From positions 3,472,001-3,536,000 of the forward strand of contig OZ059896.1 of assembly GCA_964057225.1 (NCBI GenBank): DNA of 64,000 nucleotides. Reading direction: 5' to 3'. Source of the DNA: Auanema rhodensis. Lineage: Eukaryota > Animalia > Nematoda. Made by a program: the position numbers and the translations under genes. The number at the start of each line of letters is the position of its first letter. Position 1 is the first letter of the stretch. Under the pieces are notes generated by a model. The model did not search any database. It was not told where the DNA came from and was given only the letters and a program-made list of their open reading frames with translations. Positions 57,001-64,000 of the stretch are shown here, piece by piece.

Positions 57001-60000
57001 TCAAACTCATGGTTACCATGCACCAATATCAATAAAAATTTGTTTTTAGACTAATATGGACATGGGGAATCTAATTTTGAAAACCGCATCTCTTTATCTT
57101 TCACGTGAAGCGAGTTACATACCAAGTGCACATCACGTGTACATTTAATTAGCATAAATTAAAGTTCACGTAAATTTCAAACTCATGGTTACCATGCACC
57201 AATATCAATAAAAATTTGTTTTTAGACTAATATGGACATGGAGAATCTAATTTTAAAAACCGCATCTCTTTATCTTTCACGTGAAGCGAGTTACATACCA
57301 AGTGCACATCACGTGTACATTTAATTAGCATAAATTAAAGTTCACGTAAATTTCAAACTCATGGTTACCATGCACCAATATCAATAAAAATTTGTTTTTA
57401 GACTAATATGGACATGAGGAATCTAATTTTGAAAAACGCATCTCTTTATCTTTCACGTGAAGCGAGTTACATACCAAGTGCACATCACGTGTACATTTAA
57501 TTAGCATAAATTAAAGTTCACGTAAATTTCAAAGTCATGGTTACCATGCACCAATATCAATAAAAATTTGTTTTCAGACTAATATGGACATGAGGAATCT
57601 AATTTTGAAAACCGCATCTATTTATCTTTCACGCGAAGCGAGTTACATACCAAGTGCACATCACCTGTACATTTAATTAGCATAAAGTAAAGTTCACGTA
57701 AATTTCAAACTCATGGTTACCATGCACCAATATCAATAAAAATTTGTTTTCAGACTAATATGGACATGAGGAATCTAATTTTGAAAACCGCATCTATTTA
57801 TCTTTCACGTGAAGCGAGTTACATACCAAGTGCACATCACGTGTACATTTAATTAGCATAAAGTAAAGTTCACGTAAATTTCAAACTCATGGTTACCATG
57901 CACCAATATCAATAAAAATTTGTTTTCAGACTAATATGGACATGAGGAATCTAATTTTGAAAACCGCATCTATTTATCTTTCACGCGAAGCGAGTTACAT
58001 ACCAAGTGCACATCACCTGTACATTTAATTAGCATAAAGTAAAGTTCACGTAAATTTCAAACTCATGGTTACCATGCACCAATATCAATAAAAATTTGTT
58101 TTCAGACTAATATGGACATGAGGAATCTAATTTTGAAAAACGCATCTCTTTATCTTTCACGTGAAGCGAGTTACATACCAAGTGCACATCACGTGTACAT
58201 TTAATTAGCATAAATTAAAGTTCACGTAAATTTCAAAGTCATGGTTACCATGCACCAATATCAATAAAATTTTGTTTTTAGACTAATATGGACATGGGGA
58301 ATCTAATTTTGAAAACCGCATCTCTTTATCTTTCACGTGAAGCGAGTTACATACCAAGTGCACATCACGTGTACATTTAATTAGCATAAATTAAAGTTCA
58401 CGTAAATTTCAAACTCATGGTTACCATGCACCAATATCAATAAAAATTTGTTTTTAGACTAATATGGACATGAGGAATCTAATTTTGAAAACCGCATCTA
58501 TTTATCTTTCACGCGAAGCGAGTTACATACCAAGTGCACATCACCTGTACATTTAATTAGCATAAAGTAAAGTTCACGTAAATTTCAAACTCATGGTTAC
58601 CATGCACCAATATCAATAAAAATTTGTTTTCAGACTAATATGGACATGAGGAATCTAATTTTGAAAACCGCATCTATTTATCTTTCACGTGAAGCGAGTT
58701 ACATACCAAGTGCACATCACGTGTACATTTAATTAGCATAAAGTAAAGTTCACGTAAATTTCAAACTCATGGTTACCATGCACCAATATCAATAAAAATT
58801 TGTTTTCAGACTAATATGGACATGAGGAATCTAATTTTGAAAACCGCATCTATTTATCTTTCACGCGAAGCGAGTTACATACCAAGTGCACATCACCTGT
58901 ACATTTAATTAGCATAAAGTAAAGTTCACGTAAATTTCAAACTCATGGTTACCATGCACCAATATCAATAAAAATTTGTTTTCAGACTAATATGGACATG
59001 AGGAATCTAATTTTGAAAAACGCATCTCTTTATCTTTCACGTGAAGCGAGTTACATACCAAGTGCACATCACGTGTACATTTAATTAGCATAAATTAAAG
59101 TTCACGTAAATTTCAAAGTCATGGTTACCATGCACCAATATCAATAAAATTTTGTTTTTAGACTAATATGGACATGGGGAATCTAATTTTGAAAACCGCA
59201 TCTCTTTATCTTTCACGTGAAGCGAGTTACATACCAAGTGCACATCACGTGTACATTTAATTAGCATAAATTAAAGTTCACGTAAATTTCAAACTCATGG
59301 TTACCATGCACCAATATCAATAAAAATTTGTTTTTAGACTAATATGGACATGGAGAATCTAATTTTAAAAACCGCATCTCTTTATCTTTCACGTGAAGCG
59401 AGTTACATACCAAGTGCACATCACGTGTACATTTAATTAGCATAAATTAAAGTTCACGTAAATTTCAAACTCATGGTTACCATGCACCAATATCAATAAA
59501 AATTTGTTTTTAGACTAATATGGACATGGAGAATCTATTTTTAAAAACCGCATCTCTTTATCTTTCACGTGAAGCGAGTTACATACCAAGTGCACATCAC
59601 GTGTACATTTAATTAGCATAAATTAAAGTTCACGTAAATTTCAAACTCATGGTTACCATGCACCAATATCAATAAAAATTTGTTTTTAGACTAATATGGA
59701 CATGGAGAATCTAATTTTGAAAACCGCATCTCTTTATCTTTCACGTGAAGCGAGTTACATACCAAGTGCACATCACGTGTACATTTAATTAGCATAAATT
59801 AAAGTTCACGTAAATTTCAAAGTCATGGTTACCATGCACCAATATCAATAAAATTTTGTTTTTAGACTAATATGGACATGAGGAATCTAATTTTGAAAAC
59901 CGCATCTCTTTATCTTTCACGTGAAGCGAGTTACATACTAAGTGCACATCACGTGTACATTTAATTAGCATAAATTAAAGTTCACGTAAATTTCAAACTC

Positions 60001-62471
60001 ATGGTTACCATGCACCAATATCAATAAAAATTTGTTTTTAGACTAATATGGACATGGAGAATCTAATTTTAAAAACCGCATCTCTTTATCTTTCACGTGA
60101 AGCGAGTTACATACCAAGTGCACATCACGTGTACATTTAATTAGCATAAATTAAAGTTCACGTAAATTTCAAACTCATGGTTACCATGCACCAATATCAA
60201 TAAAAATTTGTTTTTAGACTGATATGGACATGGAGAATCTATTTTTAAAAACCGCATCTCTTTATCTTTCACGTGAAGCGAGTTACATACCAAGTGCACA
60301 TCACGTGTACATTTAATTAGCATAAATTAAAGTTCACGTAAATTTCAAACTCATGGTTACCATGCACCAATATCAATAAAAATTTGTTTTTAGACTAATA
60401 TGGACATGGAGAATCTAATTTTGAAAACCGCATCTCTTTATCTTTCACGTGAAGCGAGTTACATACCAAGTGCACATCACGTGTACCTTTAATTAGCATA
60501 AATTAAAGTTCACGTAAATTTCAAACTCATGGTTACCATGCACCAATATCAATAAAAATTTGTTTTTAGACTAATATGGACATGGGGAATCTAATTTTGA
60601 GAACCGCATCTCTTATCTTCCACGTGAAGCGAGTTACATACCAAGTGCACATCACGTGTACATTTAATTAGCATAAATTAAAGTTCACGTAAATTTCAAA
60701 GTCATGGTTACCATGCACCAATATCAATAAAATTTTGTTTTTAGACTAATATGGACATGAGGAATCTAATTTTGAAAACCGCATCTCTTTATCTTTCACG
60801 TGAAGCGAGTTACATACCAAGTGCACATCACGTGTACATTTAATTAGCATAAATTAAAGTTCACGTAAATTTCAAACTCATGGTTACCATGCACCAATAT
60901 CAATAAAAATTTGTTTTTAGACTAATATGGACATGGAGAATCTAATTTTGAAAACCGCATCTCTTTATCTTTCACGTGAAGCGAGTTACATACCAAGTGC
61001 ACATCACGTGTACATTTAATTAGCATAAATTAAAGTTCACGTAAATTTCAAACTCATGGTTACCATGCACCAATATCAATAAAAATTTGTTTTTAGACTA
61101 ATATGGACATGGAGAATCTATTTTTAAAAACCGCATCTCTTTATCTTTCACGTGAAGCGAGTTACATACCAAGTGCACATCACGTGTACATTTAATTAGC
61201 ATAAATTAAAGTTCACGTAAATTTCAAACTCATGGTTACCATGCACCAATATCAATAAAAATTTGTTTTTAGACTAATATGGACATGGAGAATCTAATTT
61301 TGAAAACCGCATCTCTTTATCTTTCACGTGAAGCGAGTTACATACCAAGTGCACATCACGTGTACATTTAATTAGCATAAATTAAAGTTCACGTAAATTT
61401 CAAAGTCATGGTTACCATGCACCAATATCAATAAAAATTTGTTTTTAGACTAATATGGACATGGGGAATCTAATTTTGAAAACCGCATCTCTTATCTTCC
61501 ACGTGAAGCGAGTTACATACCAAGTGCACATCACGTGTACATTTAATTAGCATAAATTAAAGTTCACGTAATTTTCAAAGTCATGGTTACCATGAACCAA
61601 TATCAATGAATATTTGTTTTTAGACTAATATGGACATGGGGAATCTAATTTTGAAAACCGCATCTATTTATCTTTCACGCGAAGCGAGTTACATACCAAG
61701 TGCACATCACGTGTACATTTAATTAGCATAAAGTAAAGTTCACGTAAATTTCAAACTCATGGTTACCATGCACCAATATCAATAAAAATTTGTTTTTAGA
61801 CTAATATGGACATGGAGAATCTAATTTTGAAAACCGCATCTCTTTATCTTTCACGTGAAGCGAGTTACATACCAAGTGAACATCACGTGTACATTTAATT
61901 AGCATAAATTAAAGTTCACGTAAATTTCAAACTCATGGTTACCATGCACCAATATCAATAAAAATTTGTTTTTAGACTAATATGGACATGGGGAATCTAA
62001 TTTTGAAAACCGCATCTCTTTATCTTTCACGTGAAGCGAGTTACATACCAAGTGCACATCACGTGTACATTTAATTAGCATAAATTAAAGTTCACGTAAA
62101 TTTCAAACTCATGGTTACCATGCACCAATATCAATAAAAATTTGTTTTTAGACTAATATGGACATGGAGAATCTAATTTTAAAAACCGCATCTCTTTATC
62201 TTTCACGTGAAGCGAGTTACATACCAAGTGCACATCACGTGTACATTTAATTAGCATAAATTAAAGTTCACGTAAATTTCAAACTCATGGTTACCATGCA
62301 CCAATATCAATAAAAATTTGTTTTTAGACTAATATGGACATGAGGAATCTAATTTTGAAAAACGCATCTCTTTATCTTTCACGTGAAGCGAGTTACATAC
62401 CAAGTGCACATCACGTGTACATTTAATTAGCATAAATTAAAGTTCACGTAAATTTCAAAGTCATGGTTACC
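54100..62471. repeat. ~3.4-kb block duplicated at a 28-monomer (4926-bp) offset in satellite B
   Basis: Private variants recur at +4926: actaag 55011/59937, gactgat ~55291/60217, gtacctt ~55557/60483, tgaacatc ~56951/61877, and two 1-bp deletions. ORF-track entries 55215 and 60141 are also 4926 apart. The blocks are ~54100-57545 and ~59026-62471. Confidence 0.9.
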
Positions 62472-64000
62472 ATTCACCAATATCAATAAAATTTTGTTTT
62501 TAGACTAATATGGATATGGGGAATCTAATTTTGAAAACCGCATCTCTTTATCTTTCACGTGAAGCGAGTTACAAACCAAGTGCACATCACGTGTACATTT
62601 AATTAGCATAAATTAAAGTTCACGTAAATTTCAAACTCATGGTTACCATGCACCAATATCAATAAAAATTTGTTTTTAGACTAATATGGACATGGAGAAT
62701 CTAATTTTGAAAACCGCATCTCTTTATCTTTCACGTGAAGCGAGTTACATACCAAGTGCACATCACGTGTACATTTAATTAGCATAAATTAAAGTTCACG
62801 TAAATTTCAAAGTCATGGTTACCATGCACCAATATCAATAAAATTTTGTTTTTAGACTAATATGGACATGGGGAATCTAATTTTGAAAACCGCATCTCTT
62901 TATCTTTCACGTGAAGCGAGTTACATACCAAGTGCACATCACGTGTACATTTAATTAGCATAAATTAAAGTTCACGTAATTTTCAAAGTCATGGTTACCA
63001 TGAACCAATATCAATGAATATTTGTTTTTAGACTAATATGGACATGGGGAATCTAATTTTGAAAACCGCATCTATTTATCTTTCACGCGAAGCGAGTTAC
63101 ATACCAAGTGCACATCACCTGTACATTTAATTAGCATAAAGTAAAGTTCACGTAAATTTCAAACTCATGGTTACCATGCACCAATATCAATAAAAATTTG
63201 TTTTCAGACTAATATGGACATGAGGAATCTAATTTTGAAAAACGCATCTCTTTATCTTTCACGTGAAGCGAGTTACATACCAAGTGCACATCACGTGTAC
63301 ATTTAATTAGCATAAATTAAAGTTCACGTAAATTTCAAACTCATGGTTACCATGCACCAATATCAATAAAAAATTGTTTTTAGACTAATATGGACATGGA
63401 GAATCTAATTTTGAAAACCGCATCTCTTTATCTTTCACGTGAAGCGAGTTACATACCAAGTGCACATCACGTGTACATTTAATTAGCATAAATTAAAGTT
63501 CACGTAAATTTCAAAGTCATGGTTACCATGCACCAATATCAATAAAATTTTGTTTTTAGACTAATATGGACATGGGGAATCTAATTTTGAAAACCGCATC
63601 TCTTTATCTTTCACGTGAAGCGAGTTACATACCAAGTGCACATCACGTGTACATTTAATTAGCATAAAGTAAAGTTCACGTAAATTTCAAACTCATGGTT
63701 ACCATGCACCAATATCAATAAAAATTTGTTTTTAGACTAATATGGAGATGAAGAATCTAATTTTGAATAACGCATCTCTTTATCTTTCACGTGAAGCGAG
63801 TTACATACCAAGTGCACATCACGTGTACATTTAATTAGCATAAATTAAAGTTCACGTAAATTTCAAAGTCATGGTTACCATGCACCAATATCAATAAAAA
63901 TTTGTTTTTAGACTAATATGGAGATGGGGAATCTAATTTTGAATAACGCATCTCTTTATCTTTCACGTGAAGCGAGTTACATACCAAGTGCACATCACGT

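Larger units (their letters stand above)
25678..64000. repeat. Satellite B: tandem array of 176-bp monomers (217 full copies plus 138-bp partial; open at the right window edge)
   Basis: The anchor tcaaa(g/c)tcatggtta recurs at 25679, 25855 ... 63863. The span is 38184 bp = 217x176 - 8, and the 8 missing bases match six visible small deletions. Consensus: tcaaagtcatggttaccatgcaccaatatcaataaaaatttgtttttagactaatatggacatggggaatctaattttgaaaaccgcatctctttatctttcacgtgaagcgagttacataccaagtgcacatcacgtgtacatttaattagcataaattaaagttcacgtaaatt. Confidence 0.99.

Noticed and set aside
38146-60323. Seven 60-aa minus-strand ORFs in satellite B
   Set aside because: Each is about one monomer long and arises when a point variant in gactaat removes the stop. 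Their recurrence tracks array duplications, not coding constraint.
1-64000. CRISPR array or other repeat-spacer system
   Set aside because: There are no unique spacers between the palindromic motifs, entire monomers are repeated, and no cas or other genes are present.
25678-64000. Assignment to known ~176-bp satellites (Brassica CentBr, Arabidopsis CEN178, honeybee AluI) or of A to the Drosophila 359-bp family
   Set aside because: Only the lengths are similar. I cannot recognise sequence identity, and the B consensus lacks HindIII and AluI sites. A database search is needed.
1-64000. Tandem 5S rRNA, tRNA or snRNA gene arrays, or telomeric repeats
   Set aside because: Neither monomer contains recognisable 5S, tRNA cloverleaf/A-B box, snRNA or short G-rich telomeric motifs.

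Overview
The whole 64 kb window is non-coding, AT-rich (roughly 30% GC by eye) eukaryotic-type satellite DNA, made of two different head-to-tail tandem arrays joined at one base-sharp junction. Satellite A (1-25676) has 350/351-bp monomers, 73 full copies plus a 76-bp partial, and switches subfamily at ~17880. Satellite B (25678-64000) has 176-bp monomers, 217 full copies plus a 138-bp partial, with a gradient of variants along the array and many local higher-order duplications. Both monomers are dense in dyad symmetries. B carries three TCACGT(G) E-box/CDEI-like motifs spaced 32-33 bp apart. The monomer lengths (176 and ~2x176) match mono- and di-nucleosome sizes, so the window is best read as a candidate (peri)centromeric or heterochromatic satellite boundary; this is an inference. 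I found no genes, RNA genes, transposons or CRISPR arrays, and all 12 ORFs in the track are chance read-throughs of satellite monomers. I cannot assign the species or a named satellite family from the sequence alone.
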